Notes: generated by a model from the sequence alone, not told the origin. Positions 10,209 to 21,265 are shown, counted from the stretch's first letter. The stretch: 64,000 nucleotides of DNA from Minisyncoccota bacterium (GCA_965216295.1 OZ244141.1:78163-142162), one strand, 5' to 3'. A program made the numbers and translations.

Positions 10209-10916
10209 CTACCGCAATTGTTTGTCTTCACGAATAACACCATCGTGCATGACCATAATGCGTTTTGCTTCATGAGCGTAATCAAGCTCGTGCGTCACCA
10301 TAATAATAGTTTGTCCATTATCGTTGAGCCTTTTAAATATAGCAATAATCTGAGAAGAGCGTTCAGTATCGAGGTTTGCTGTCGGTTCATCAGCAAACAG
10401 AACACGAGGTTCATGGACAATGGCACGGGCAATGGAAACACGTTGGTTCTCCCCACCAGAGAGTTGTCCAGGATAGAAATCAATACGATCTCGCATACCA
10501 AACGATGCGAGGGTGTCAGCGGCACGACGACGTGCCTCTGCTTTACTAGCGCCACGCATGAGCATTGGAATAGAAACATTCTCCCACGCTTTTAACTCTG
10601 GCATCATGGCATAATCTTGAAACACAAAACCAAAATGAAACAGACGATATTTCGTTTTCTCATGGGAAGACATGCGATGTGCATCATTACCAGAAACAAA
10701 AACACTACCCCCAGTTGGTTCATCAAGTAATCCGAGTTGGTACAAGAGAGTACTTTTACCAGTACCTGATTTACCGGTGATAGAGAGAAATTCTCCTTGG
10801 CGTACGGCAAAACTGATTCCTTTCAATACTTGTGTCTCCCGAGTACCATCAAGAAAAGTCCTCGTGATGTTCTCCACGCGTATAGCTTCTGTTTGATTGT
10901 CTATCATACTATTCAT
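10209..10916 (-). CDS. ABC transporter ATP-binding protein (LolD/MacB family)
   Basis: GKSGTGKS, LSGGENQRV, ADEPTANLD, VTH. Confidence 0.95.
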   Translation of the reverse strand: MNSMIDNQTEAIRVENITRTFLDGTRETQVLKGISFAVRQGEFLSITGKSGTGKSTLLYQLGLLDEPTGGSVFVSGNDAHRMSSHEKTKYRLFHFGFVFQDYAMMPELKAWENVSIPMLMRGASKAEARRRAADTLASFGMRDRIDFYPGQLSGGENQRVSIARAIVHEPRVLFADEPTANLDTERSSQIIAIFKRLNDNGQTIIMVTHELDYAHEAKRIMVMHDGVIREDKQLR

Positions 10917-10917
10917 A

Positions 10918-12171
10918 CTACCTACCCATTATCGCTTCAATCGCTGGTTTGCGAACAATATAGTATGCTGGCACAAACCCAGCAATCAGCGTTGCTATAA
11001 ATATTAGAAACATGCGAAAGGTGAGAGTTTCTGTTGTGAAATACAACACACCATCACTGAAAGGAAAATCAAGAGGGTTTGCCTGAAAGTACGGCACCAG
11101 GAGGAAAAAGAGTAATAGGAGTCCAAGAAATGTACCAATCACAGAGAAGAATAGTGCATAGAAAACATATGATAGACGAATCGCATTTGACGCAACGCCA
11201 ATGCCTTTCAAGATGCCAATGAAGCGTCGTCGAGATGTGGCGGTAACAAAAATAATAATAAAAATAGTAATGGACGCAACAATGAGACCAATCGCTCCGA
11301 CGACCGTACCGAGTGTTTTAAATGTTATGCGAATGTCATTTAAAAAAGGACCAATGGCTTCTTCAACGGTTTCAATATCTGCATATCGTTCATATCCTAA
11401 TGTTATGAGATGTTGTTTCACCACAGGAGCATCTGCCGAGGTGTGCAATCGAATGGCAATAAAGTTTGAGTCGTTTCCTGGGTTTTCACGAGAAAGGCGG
11501 ATATCGGCCTTGTTCATAATGATGGCAAGATCAAGCTCACCTGCCTTAGTACGAAAAACACCACGGACGGTGTACTGTTGATATTTGCTCCCTGAAAAAG
11601 CAATATAGACTGGATCTCCTGGATATACTTCACCAAACACACCCTCTCCAAACGGCGAATATCTCTCAAGCAGTGCTCTACCAATTAACACTCCGCCCCT
11701 ATCATTGCCCGCAAGGTACTGTCCTTCAATAATACTTGCATCAAGATGTGTTGTTCTCTTTTCATCCTCTGGATTAACTCCTAAAACGGTTGTTTGTATA
11801 AATTCTTGTTCGTTGTTCGCATCAGTAACGTTATAGTATTCACTTTTTTCAACAACTCTAACATCGCCTGCTGCATAGCGAGCAGAAAATGCTTTGATGC
11901 GAGAATCGGCGTCTAGATCGGAAATGAGGTACTGCGTTCTATCAATAAATGGCTTACCTTCTTTTGCCGTAATGAATATATCACCAAGTGCTTTAGTGCG
12001 CGTTCCCTCTAATGAGCCAACCACAATGCCTTCCAAAAGACCATTGATGACAACCAAGTTGAGAAAGGTGAGGAGCATGACGAACAAAATGAGTGATGTT
12101 GTCCATTTGTTTGATCCGCGAATGTAACGAACGAAAAGGAAAAAAGCTACTCGTATTTCTTGCAAATTCAT
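10918..12171 (-). CDS. ABC transporter permease (FtsX/LolC/MacB family)
   Basis: N-terminal TM, large extracytoplasmic loop, RRRFIGILKGIG, three C-terminal TMs. Confidence 0.9.
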   Translation of the reverse strand: MNLQEIRVAFFLFVRYIRGSNKWTTSLILFVMLLTFLNLVVINGLLEGIVVGSLEGTRTKALGDIFITAKEGKPFIDRTQYLISDLDADSRIKAFSARYAAGDVRVVEKSEYYNVTDANNEQEFIQTTVLGVNPEDEKRTTHLDASIIEGQYLAGNDRGGVLIGRALLERYSPFGEGVFGEVYPGDPVYIAFSGSKYQQYTVRGVFRTKAGELDLAIIMNKADIRLSRENPGNDSNFIAIRLHTSADAPVVKQHLITLGYERYADIETVEEAIGPFLNDIRITFKTLGTVVGAIGLIVASITIFIIIFVTATSRRRFIGILKGIGVASNAIRLSYVFYALFFSVIGTFLGLLLLFFLLVPYFQANPLDFPFSDGVLYFTTETLTFRMFLIFIATLIAGFVPAYYIVRKPAIEAIMGR

Positions 12172-12183
12172 CGCACATTATTG

Positions 12184-13728
12184 TTAGTTACTAGAAACAT
12201 CAGTATCGTCGTAGAGTATGGTGTCGCCTTTGGTAAGAGAACCTTGTACGATAATCATATCTTCTTCTGTGTTTGATATAATGATAACAGGAATACTCTC
12301 ATTTCCTTCCGATCGCTCAACAAGAACAGTTGATACACCATCTTTAGTACGAACGGAACGGCGAGGAATGCTAATCGCTGCTGATGCTTCACCAGCAGGA
12401 ATAGAAACATCAATGGTGAGACCAGAACGTAGTGTGACAACCTCATCAGAGAGAACATCAAAAATCACCGTGTACACAGGGACCTGATTAATTCGCCCTT
12501 CAGTGACATTGATAGTTCTCACACGCATAGATACTTCATGATCAAGTGCTTCAACATATCCTTGCATCTTCTGCCCGATTGAAACATTTTGAATATCTAT
12601 CTCAGTAATATCGACAGACACCTCATACCCTCCTTGAGACGTCACTCGTACCGCTTGCGCTGTCGGAGCAACCTGTTCTCCAATTTTCACAAACACCTCA
12701 CCAATAAGTGCCGGAAATGGTGCCTTGATGGTCGTATCATTAACGCGCAATTGAAGCTGTCGCACTCGCTCACGTTGTGACTCAACATCTGCCCTTTTGG
12801 CAATGCGAGTCTTGGTGGTAGCACCAGCATATACTTCAGCCGCTTCTCGCACTGCTTGAGCATACTCTAATTTCTCTTGTTCTATTGTATTCAAATCTTG
12901 CACTGTTTGTGTAATACCCTCAAGAATTGTGAATCGTGTATTCGTGATTACTGCAAAAACCTCTTCATAGGTAGTATTCAATTCGCGCAGCGTGATAAAT
13001 TCATCAAATAACTGTAGCCATAACGTATCAACGCGATAGAGATCTTTTACAAACTGTTTCAATGTGGTAGACACTCTCTCCGCACTATCGCCCGACGCTC
13101 CTTCCCACCCTCTCCATGACCGTAAAACAGTTTCAATAGCAGCTCGTGCTTCCTGCAGTCTTCCTGCTTGGAGTGTAGAAATATCAATTCGTAATCGCGG
13201 CCTGGTGCTTGGGTTGTAATACCAAACATCAATGTCTCTGCGAATGGAACCTTCTATACTCCCCGCCGTCTGGTTGGCCCGTGCAAATGCAATTCGTGCA
13301 CTATTGATAAGTCTTTGCTGTGCCACATGCGTTGCCGCTTCTGTCTTTGCCCGCACCTCAGTACTTGGTCCTTCAATGAGACTATCAAGCTCTGCAAGAT
13401 CTTTTTTCAAAATTGCCTTTTGTTCTGAAAGTTCTGCAACTAACTGTTCCGAAGAGAGAAAGATGATAGGATCATTAACACCAACCCTATCCCCCGCCAC
13501 ATGTGCAATGCGGTTAACAGTACCGCTCTCTTCAAATGTAAGCACTACATCATTACGAGCAACGACACTACCTGTGACGACAATAAAAGCTTGATACGGC
13601 ACCTCAATGGCTACCGCACGAAGCAGATTGGCAGATGATGGCATGACAAACCGAGACCATATAATGGTGACAAGTATGAGAATGCTTGCGGTGATAACAA
13701 ATCGTTTAACAGTAACTATATTTCCCAT
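12184..13728 (-). CDS. Efflux membrane-fusion/periplasmic adaptor subunit
   Basis: ESGTVNRI..GDRV, long coiled coil, TIKAPF..GEQV, EIDIQNVSIGQ. Confidence 0.85.
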   Translation of the reverse strand: MGNIVTVKRFVITASILILVTIIWSRFVMPSSANLLRAVAIEVPYQAFIVVTGSVVARNDVVLTFEESGTVNRIAHVAGDRVGVNDPIIFLSSEQLVAELSEQKAILKKDLAELDSLIEGPSTEVRAKTEAATHVAQQRLINSARIAFARANQTAGSIEGSIRRDIDVWYYNPSTRPRLRIDISTLQAGRLQEARAAIETVLRSWRGWEGASGDSAERVSTTLKQFVKDLYRVDTLWLQLFDEFITLRELNTTYEEVFAVITNTRFTILEGITQTVQDLNTIEQEKLEYAQAVREAAEVYAGATTKTRIAKRADVESQRERVRQLQLRVNDTTIKAPFPALIGEVFVKIGEQVAPTAQAVRVTSQGGYEVSVDITEIDIQNVSIGQKMQGYVEALDHEVSMRVRTINVTEGRINQVPVYTVIFDVLSDEVVTLRSGLTIDVSIPAGEASAAISIPRRSVRTKDGVSTVLVERSEGNESIPVIIISNTEEDMIIVQGSLTKGDTILYDDTDVSSN

Positions 13729-13797
13729 AAATAACTACTATATTGTAACAGTATTGCTTCGCTGTGGGAACCACACAAGCAAGACCGCACAAAGAAA

Positions 13798-13873
13798 TGG
13801 GGTGTCTAGAGGGATTCGAACCCTCTCTGCGAGCTCCACAAGCCCGCGTGCTAACCATTACACCATAGACACC
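13798..13873 (-). tRNA. tRNA-His(GTG)
   Basis: Cloverleaf; G-1:C73 pair; GTTCGAA T-loop; encoded CCA. Confidence 0.95.
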
Positions 13874-13915
13874 ATAGAGAAATTGTAGCACCAGCAGTAG
13901 GGGAATTGCAAAAAA

Positions 13916-16300
13916 CTAACTACCGCACGAAGTACACACATTGGCATCATCACCATCTACCACACGCGCTTTTTCGATAGGGGTTGGCACTGTTTTCTGT
14001 TTCACATTCTCTGTTGTCACCTGTTTCTGTGACCTATCAACAGTAAATTGAGCAGTATCGTACGCTGGTGTGTTGCGAAGATAGTACATACCAGTCTTTA
14101 ATCCGCGCTGCCATGTGTAGAAGTGAAGTGCAGTTAACTTGTCCGCGGTTGCATCTGCCATATGAATATTGAGACTCTGGCTCTGACAGATAAAAGCACC
14201 GCGATCTGCTGCCATATCAATAATACTTCGCTGAGGAATCTCCCACACTGTTCGATATCGCAGTCGTACCTCTTCTGGTATTTCAGTAATTCGCTGTACT
14301 GAACCACGCTCTTCGATAAGGCGGTTGTGAAGATCTTTGTTCCAAATACCCAGCGCAATAAGTTCTCGAAGGAGGTGTTTGTTAATAACAATAAATTCTC
14401 CAGAGAGTACCCGTCGCACATAGAGGTTTGAGGTGAATGGTTCAAATGCTTCATTGTTGCCAAATATCTGCGCCGTGGTTGCTGTTGGCATGGGTGAGAT
14501 GAGTAGTGAGTTTCTCAAACCGTGTTTTTTAACTTCTTCACGAAGGTGTTCCCAATCAAACAATCCTGATTCAGGGTAGACTCCCCAGAGATCAAACTGG
14601 AGTTTTCCTTGCGACGTTGGTGACCCCTTGAAGGAGTCATATGGACCATCACGTTTAGCAAGAGCGACGGAAGCTTCAACGGCACCGTGGTAGATAGTTT
14701 CAAAAATATGCTTGTTGAGTGTCCGTGCAGCCGGCTCATCAAACGAGAGTTTCATGATAGCAAATGTGTCCGCAAGACCTTGGACGCCAATACCAATTGG
14801 GCGGTGGCGAAGGTTTGATCGCTGACATTCTGGCAAAATATATGCGTTGCGATCAATAACCTTATTTAGGTTTCGAGTCACCACTTTCGTTATATCGTGG
14901 AGCCCTTGAAAATCATATGTTCCATCTTTTTTCACGAACTGATTAACACAAATTGAGGCGAGGTTACACACAGCCGTCTCACGCTCATCGGAATATTCCA
15001 TAATCTCAGTACAAAGGTTACTAGAACGAATAACACCTACATTTTTCTGATTTGATTTTCTATTTGCAGCATCTTTGTAGAGCATGAAGGGTGTTCCTGT
15101 CTCAATCTGGCAATTGATAATCTTGAACCATAAATCCCGTGCTTTGATTGTTTTTCTCATTCTCCCCTCTTGTTCATAGGTGGTGTATAATTCTTCAAAC
15201 TTTTTGCCAAAACTTGTATATAAATCAGAACACTCTTTAGGACAGAAGAATGACCAATTACCATCTTCTTTAACACGATTCATAAATAAATCAGGAATCC
15301 AGAGTGCATAGAAAAGATCGCGTGCACGTAATTCTTCAGCACCGTGATTCTTTCGCAAATCAAGAAACTCAAGTGTGTCGGCATGCCACGGTTCAAGGTA
15401 TATACAGAAGGCACCCTTTCTCTTCCCCCCTTGATTAACATACCGAGCAGTTTCATTAAAATTTTTAATCATCGGAATAAGACCATCTGACACACCTCGT
15501 GAACCAGCGATGTACGATCCTTTTGCACGAATGTTGTGGACACTCAAACCAATGCCACCAGCAGACTGTGAGATGCGAGCACAATCGGTAAGTGTTTTGT
15601 AGATACCAGAGATGCTGTCATCAGACATGGCAAGGAGGAAACAGGAAGACATTTGTGGAAGTGGTGTACCAGCATTGAAGAGCGTTGGTGTTGCATGAGT
15701 AAATTGCTTTTTTGACAAGAGGTGATAGGTCTCAAATGCTGTTTCCAGGTCGTCACCATGAATACCAAGTGCAACACGCATAAACATGTGCTGTGGTCGC
15801 TCTACAATAGAATCATTCATAGACATCAAGTATCCCTTCTTGAGTGTTTCAACGGCAAAGTAATCGAAGAGTTCAAAGTCCCGGTCATGAACAATCTCGG
15901 CATCAATGCGTTCTCCATGACAATGCACAATCTGTAAGAGTTCATCAGAAACAAAAGGGGCGTGGCGACCTGTTTTGGGTTCAATGTAGGCATGGAGGCG
16001 TTTAATGTTGTCAGTAAATGAGCTTTCGGTTTCTTTGTGTAAATTAGAAATAGCGATACGAGCAGCAAGTATTGAAAAATCAGAGTGCATGGTTGCTAAA
16101 GAAGCACACACCTGTGCTGCCAAGGCGTCTAAATCAGTGGTTTTTATATTATCATGAAGACCATCTATTGTTCGCTTTGCTATCTCTGAGACATCCACAA
16201 ATCGCGTATCTAGACCATATGCTAGACCACGAATACGTTCTAGAACGGCATCAAAATTTACCTCTTCCCTTGTACCATTCCTTTTTTGTACGTACATCAT
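13916..16300 (-). CDS. nrdA: Ribonucleoside-diphosphate reductase alpha subunit, class Ia, with ATP cone
   Basis: VQKRNG ATP cone, TPTLFNAG, SSCFL, SNLCTEI, KTGMYYLR, C-terminal CTSC. Confidence 0.97.
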   Translation of the reverse strand: MMYVQKRNGTREEVNFDAVLERIRGLAYGLDTRFVDVSEIAKRTIDGLHDNIKTTDLDALAAQVCASLATMHSDFSILAARIAISNLHKETESSFTDNIKRLHAYIEPKTGRHAPFVSDELLQIVHCHGERIDAEIVHDRDFELFDYFAVETLKKGYLMSMNDSIVERPQHMFMRVALGIHGDDLETAFETYHLLSKKQFTHATPTLFNAGTPLPQMSSCFLLAMSDDSISGIYKTLTDCARISQSAGGIGLSVHNIRAKGSYIAGSRGVSDGLIPMIKNFNETARYVNQGGKRKGAFCIYLEPWHADTLEFLDLRKNHGAEELRARDLFYALWIPDLFMNRVKEDGNWSFFCPKECSDLYTSFGKKFEELYTTYEQEGRMRKTIKARDLWFKIINCQIETGTPFMLYKDAANRKSNQKNVGVIRSSNLCTEIMEYSDERETAVCNLASICVNQFVKKDGTYDFQGLHDITKVVTRNLNKVIDRNAYILPECQRSNLRHRPIGIGVQGLADTFAIMKLSFDEPAARTLNKHIFETIYHGAVEASVALAKRDGPYDSFKGSPTSQGKLQFDLWGVYPESGLFDWEHLREEVKKHGLRNSLLISPMPTATTAQIFGNNEAFEPFTSNLYVRRVLSGEFIVINKHLLRELIALGIWNKDLHNRLIEERGSVQRITEIPEEVRLRYRTVWEIPQRSIIDMAADRGAFICQSQSLNIHMADATADKLTALHFYTWQRGLKTGMYYLRNTPAYDTAQFTVDRSQKQVTTENVKQKTVPTPIEKARVVDGDDANVCTSCGS

Positions 16301-16313
16301 ATAATTCTATCTA

Positions 16314-17354
16314 TTAAAAATCTCCGTCGAGTCGAAACGCTGGTCTCCCACCAGTATCCGCCTTACCTTTTGCTTTAACTCCTGCCTTCTGATACTCCGA
16401 CACACGACGTTCAAAAAAGTTTGTTTTGCCTTCAAGCGAAATCATAGTCATAAAATCAAATGGGTTCTCAGCCTGATATCGTTTCTCCTCTCCAAGCTCC
16501 ACCAACAAGTAATCAGCAACAAATTCAATGTATTGACACATCAAATCAGCATTCATACCAATGAGGCGTACTGGGATTGATTCACAGACAAATTCTTTTT
16601 CAATAGAAACGGCATCTTCAATAATAGCGAGTACCTGTTCTGACGTTAGTTTGTTCTTAATATGATTCCTGTAAAGTAGGCAGGCAAACCGAAAGTGCAT
16701 TGTTTCGTCGCGAGAGATTAATTCATTTGCTTGTGACAATCCTGGCATCAAACCACGCTTACGTAACCAAAAAATGGAACAAAAACTACCAGAGAAAAAA
16801 ATACCTTCTACGGCAGCAAATGCAATGAGTCGCTCAACAAAAGAACCATCTTGAATCCAACGCAATGACCACTGTGCTTTTTTCTCTACTGATGGAATGG
16901 TAGTCATTGCATTAAAAAGATGGTGTTGTTCAGCAACATCTTGTACGTACGTATCGATAAGAAGTGAATAGGTGTGTGAGTGTATGTTCTCAGCTGCAAT
17001 TTGGAAACCATAAAAAAATTTCGCCTCAGTGTATTGCACTTGTGAAAGAAACTTTTCAGCAAGATTTTCATTTACAATACCATCTGATGCGGCAAAGAAA
17101 GCGAGCACTTGTTTGATAAAAAAACGCTCATTGTCATTGAGCTTCTGTTGCCAGTGCACCAAGTCGTCAGCCAATGAAATTTCTTCTGGTGTCCAAAAGT
17201 TTGCAACTGATGATGTATAAAATTCCCAAATGTCGTGATGTTCAATGGGAAATAAAACGAAGCGGTTTGCATTAGTTTGTAATAGTGGCTCTGTTTCTTT
17301 TTCTTTCTGCCGAAGTGTCTGTAGTTGTTCTTTTGTTCGTCTAATAAGGTTCAT
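16314..17354 (-). CDS. nrdB: Ribonucleoside-diphosphate reductase beta subunit
   Basis: [46 protein letters not shown]; start placed at ATG 17354. Confidence 0.96.
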   Translation of the reverse strand: MNLIRRTKEQLQTLRQKEKETEPLLQTNANRFVLFPIEHHDIWEFYTSSVANFWTPEEISLADDLVHWQQKLNDNERFFIKQVLAFFAASDGIVNENLAEKFLSQVQYTEAKFFYGFQIAAENIHSHTYSLLIDTYVQDVAEQHHLFNAMTTIPSVEKKAQWSLRWIQDGSFVERLIAFAAVEGIFFSGSFCSIFWLRKRGLMPGLSQANELISRDETMHFRFACLLYRNHIKNKLTSEQVLAIIEDAVSIEKEFVCESIPVRLIGMNADLMCQYIEFVADYLLVELGEEKRYQAENPFDFMTMISLEGKTNFFERRVSEYQKAGVKAKGKADTGGRPAFRLDGDF

Positions 17355-17592
17355 ATAAAGTGCAAAGGAAGTATAACAAAAAACGCAAAAAAATATGTTC
17401 AATGTTTTCAACAAGGCATTCGATACACCCCTCTAGGGGGTGGAAAATTGGTTTTTAATTTTAAAAAATCTCAGAAATGCATGACAATTAATTTTTATAG
17501 ATGTCAAATCATTCTTTTAGATGCATAAAAAATAAATTGCACTACCTTCGTGCACCATAAATAATTGCCACGAATGTTCCGTGGCATACATG

Positions 17593-17676
17593 TGCTCAGG
17601 AGAGGACTTGAACCTCCACAGGATTGCTCCTATACGCCCCTCAAGCGTACGCGTCTACCAATTCCGCCACCTGAGC
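17593..17676 (-). tRNA. tRNA-Leu(GAG)
   Basis: Cloverleaf with long variable arm; no encoded CCA. Confidence 0.95.
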
Positions 17677-17895
17677 AACTCCCTACAACTATACCGTGCA
17701 CAACTGCACTGCGCAACAAAGCAAAAATTTACAATGTAGTATATATAGTATTGTATTTTTAACTTTATTTTATTGACTTTATTGAAAAACAATAAAGTAC
17801 CGTACTCTATCCGAATTCTATAAAAATAGAAAAGAAAGATGCTGTCTGTGTCCCTCACAAATAGTCACACATCTTTCACAAAAAATAATAATTAA

Positions 17896-18516
17896 TTATT
17901 TTTCAGAAGTATTGTTTGTTTTTTCAGGTGGTGTCGTCTCTTTTTGTTCTTCACCCTCTTTATTAGTATGCTCGTGTACTTCTTCTTGTTGTACAGACTC
18001 TGTGGTAGATGTTGCTTGTACTTCCACTTCACCTTTTTCATTTGATTGTTGTGTAGGCTCTGTGGTAGGTGTCACATCATCATGAGTGCTTTCTTTTTTC
18101 TGCATCTTTTTCTTTTCTTCAATTTCACTCACAGAACTCTCTGTTACTGTTTCTGATCGACGAAGTTTGTGGCGAATTTGTTTAGGAGTCTTGTCTCGCA
18201 AGAAGTAGAGTTTTGCTCGTCGCACCTTTGACCTTTTATTAATTTCAATTTTATCAATCATGGGAGAATAGAGAGGGAAAATTTTTTCAACACCAATACC
18301 GTCAGTACCAACCCTACGAACAGTAAATGTTGCTCCGGGTTCAAGGTTATGTTTTGTTGCAATAACAATACCGCCAAACGCCTGTAGTCGCACTTTTCCT
18401 TTGTCCTCTACAATTTTTTGCCAAACACGAATAGTGTCACCAGCACTAATTTTGAGTGCCTGGCGACTTTCAACATGAACTGGAGAAATGTCTTTATTTT
18501 CCAATGTTATTTGCAT
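17896..18516 (-). CDS. rplS: 50S ribosomal protein L19 with long acidic C-terminal extension
   Basis: GDTIRVWQKIVED, RLQAFGG, GVEKIFPLYSP, KVRRAKLYFLR; start placed at ATG 18516. Confidence 0.93.
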   Translation of the reverse strand: MQITLENKDISPVHVESRQALKISAGDTIRVWQKIVEDKGKVRLQAFGGIVIATKHNLEPGATFTVRRVGTDGIGVEKIFPLYSPMIDKIEINKRSKVRRAKLYFLRDKTPKQIRHKLRRSETVTESSVSEIEEKKKMQKKESTHDDVTPTTEPTQQSNEKGEVEVQATSTTESVQQEEVHEHTNKEGEEQKETTPPEKTNNTSEK

Positions 18517-18536
18517 AAAGTGAGTATGTTCCGCCA

Positions 18537-19319
18537 CTATACCACGCTCCCTGTTGCGTCGCAATTGATTGTCTGGCATTGAGAAACGGCATAGAGAAAA
18601 TCTTTTGGGTATGGAGCAATAAAGGTATGCTGATCGTCCTCTATAGTAAACGTGATGCGGTACGCATGGAGTGCCATTCTTGTAAATGATAAAAATGGTC
18701 CTCGTCGTGGCGCATAGGTGCGATCACACAGTACTGGGTGCTGTATTGATTTTGCGTGAACACGAATTTGATGCGTTCGTCCTGTCTTTGGATAAAACCG
18801 AACAAGTGATACATCAATGCCACACTGCATTGCAACAGCATACTCTGTATATGCATCGCGTGTCTTCCCACGAGGGTTGTGTGTTGACTTCATACGAAAA
18901 TCTTTTCTACTGCGCCCGATAGGTAATTGAATAATACCGCGAAGTCGTTTTGGAGTTCCATAAACAAACGCATGGTATTCTTTTTTAATCTTTCCTTGTT
19001 GAAACTGTTTTTTCAATTTTTTAAACATTCTTTGTGTTTTTGCGATAACCATAACACCACTGGTCTCTTGATCAAGACGATGCACAATACCTGGACGAGG
19101 AAATGTCGTGCCTTCTTTGTCAGTGTACGGCTCTCCAACCTCTTGAAGTTCTGGATACTTCTCTGCAATCCAATCAGTTAGCGTGCGTGTTGTTTTGACA
19201 CCTCGGTGCACTATTAATCCCGATGGTTTATTAATCACAAGAATTGATTCGTTTTCAAAAAGAACAATAGGTGTCAACAACACTTCTTGATCTGGCTGTT
19301 GTTGTGTCTTTTCTATCAT
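18537..19319 (-). CDS. RluA-family pseudouridine synthase
   Basis: NKPSGL, GIVHRLD, GRTHQIRVH, LHA. Confidence 0.95.
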   Translation of the reverse strand: MIEKTQQQPDQEVLLTPIVLFENESILVINKPSGLIVHRGVKTTRTLTDWIAEKYPELQEVGEPYTDKEGTTFPRPGIVHRLDQETSGVMVIAKTQRMFKKLKKQFQQGKIKKEYHAFVYGTPKRLRGIIQLPIGRSRKDFRMKSTHNPRGKTRDAYTEYAVAMQCGIDVSLVRFYPKTGRTHQIRVHAKSIQHPVLCDRTYAPRRGPFLSFTRMALHAYRITFTIEDDQHTFIAPYPKDFLYAVSQCQTINCDATGSVV

Positions 19320-19322
19320 ACA

Positions 19323-20075
19323 CTACATTCCGTTATTCTTTGTCTTTGTATGAAACTGTTTCATTGCTAATTGAAAATCGTTGTGTGTAAATGCTGGCCA
19401 GAGAGTGTTGCTAAAAAGTAATTCGCTGTACTCACTCTCCCATAACAAAAAACCAGAGAGTCGTTGTGCACCTCCTGTACGAATGATGCACTGTGGATTG
19501 GGAAACGGATGTGTTGATAACCGCTTCGCCACACTCTCCTCGGTCAACACCTCGCCCGCAAAAACACACTGCTGTGCTGCACGAACAATATCCTTCCTCC
19601 CGTTATACGAAACTGCAATCCATATTGTGATACCGTCATAGTCTTTGGTTTTTTGCTCAACATCAGCAAACGCCTCTTGCACGTCTGGTGAAAAATGTTC
19701 CCGTTCACCAATAAAACGAATAGATGGGCGAGTGGCCATTGATTGAATGGTCGTATCAAGTTGTTTAACCTCTTCTAAAAATACATCAAAGAGTATGGCG
19801 TTTGCCACCTGATGTCGTTTCCAGTTATCACTGGAGAAAGCAAAAGCAATGATGTCAGTAAATCCTTCTTGGCGCGCCCACTCTGCACACTGCCGTAGCA
19901 CCAAAGCCCCTTGTTTGTATGCTTTCTTGAGTGGTATTTTTTGCTGTCGTGCAAAACGACGATTACCATCCATGATAAGACCAATACAACTGCGTAATGA
20001 TTTATGACCATCTTGATAGCAATGCTGATAAGGGTCAACCTCTTTGGTGATGATTTCTTGTTTCATATGATGCAT
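19323..20075 (-). CDS. uppS: Undecaprenyl diphosphate synthase
   Basis: IMDGNRRFA, FAFSSDNWKR, IRTGGAQRLSGFLLW. Confidence 0.93.
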   Translation of the reverse strand: MHHMKQEIITKEVDPYQHCYQDGHKSLRSCIGLIMDGNRRFARQQKIPLKKAYKQGALVLRQCAEWARQEGFTDIIAFAFSSDNWKRHQVANAILFDVFLEEVKQLDTTIQSMATRPSIRFIGEREHFSPDVQEAFADVEQKTKDYDGITIWIAVSYNGRKDIVRAAQQCVFAGEVLTEESVAKRLSTHPFPNPQCIIRTGGAQRLSGFLLWESEYSELLFSNTLWPAFTHNDFQLAMKQFHTKTKNNGM

Positions 20076-20087
20076 ATGATCTACCTG

Positions 20088-20161
20088 TGAGCGATGCAGG
20101 GCTCGAACCTGCGACCTTCTGGGTGTAAACCAGACGCTCTAGCCAACTGAGCTAATCGCCC
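20088..20161 (-). tRNA. tRNA-Val(TAC)
   Basis: Cloverleaf GGGCGAT...ATCGCTCA; anticodon loop TTTACAC. Confidence 0.95.
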
Positions 20162-20203
20162 CTTACTATATAGTATATAGAATTATCAATTTGTATACCA
20201 CTA

Positions 20204-21265
20204 TTACCTTGCCCCACCAGCTCCTCGACGGTGTGCAGCGATGGGGTATCCCGTCTTTATCTTTCTTTTCTTGAATTCCTCAAGTATCAACGTCAGTATC
20301 TTTCCTTGCAGTGTTTTGTACACAGAATAATCCGGTGTTGTGATATAGAACGTCGCTTCAAACAAGATTGCGTACTCATCAAGCTTTTCTAGATAGACAC
20401 GACGTATGCGTGTGTGCTCACACTGCTTAACAATATCTGTCAGTATTGTAGGGATTTCTTTAAGTACCGCACTACTTGTTTCATATGAAACTGGAACGAC
20501 GATAGTGTTTCTGCGTTCTTGCAGACGATCTTCATTGATAACTTCTGTTGTTACCATATCCTGGTTAGGTATGATCAGCTCCTCACCAGTTGAGAGACGA
20601 ATGTGTGTTGTTTTTAATCCAATACGGCTAATGGTACCCGAATTTCCCTTGATGGTAATAAAATCACCAACAGAAAACGGTTTATCAAAAAAGATAACAA
20701 AGGCACTAAAAAGATCGGCGAGTATTTTTTGAAAAGCAAAGGCAAAGGCAAGACCACCAATACCAAGCCCTGCGATAAGAGGGGTAACTTCAACTTCCAG
20801 ATTTGCCAATAAGATAATAATGATAATGACCCACAAACATATCTTAACGAGTGTCCTGAGCACTGGTAGTGCCAATGCCAGTCCAGCACGCCTATCTTTC
20901 AACTTGGTAATCCACGAATCAATAAAAAAGTCAACAATGATTGAGAGTGCAATAACAATACGATAACCAACCCAAAGAATAAAGATGGTGGTGAATATAG
21001 AATCAACAGCGTTTGGAAGCGTTAGAATGAAATGTTGTGCCGAAAAGAATGCTATGAAAAGATAGAAACGGAGACCTAATGACTCAATGATTTGTAATAT
21101 TAATTCACCAATGTAGGTGTTCGTTTTTCTAATAATAATCGCACAACGTTTCAATAAAAAACGCTGAAAGATAAGAGCGGCAGCAAATAAAATGACTGTC
21201 GTGAGTAATGTGATGGCGTAGTCACCAAGTGTGTCGTTAAGAAATAACGTATCCCAAAATCCCAT
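20204..21265 (-). CDS. mscS: Small-conductance mechanosensitive channel
   Basis: AGLGIGGLAFAFAFQ, DKPFSVGDFI, IIPN. Confidence 0.9.
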   Translation of the reverse strand: MGFWDTLFLNDTLGDYAITLLTTVILFAAALIFQRFLLKRCAIIIRKTNTYIGELILQIIESLGLRFYLFIAFFSAQHFILTLPNAVDSIFTTIFILWVGYRIVIALSIIVDFFIDSWITKLKDRRAGLALALPVLRTLVKICLWVIIIIILLANLEVEVTPLIAGLGIGGLAFAFAFQKILADLFSAFVIFFDKPFSVGDFITIKGNSGTISRIGLKTTHIRLSTGEELIIPNQDMVTTEVINEDRLQERRNTIVVPVSYETSSAVLKEIPTILTDIVKQCEHTRIRRVYLEKLDEYAILFEATFYITTPDYSVYKTLQGKILTLILEEFKKRKIKTGYPIAAHRRGAGGAR

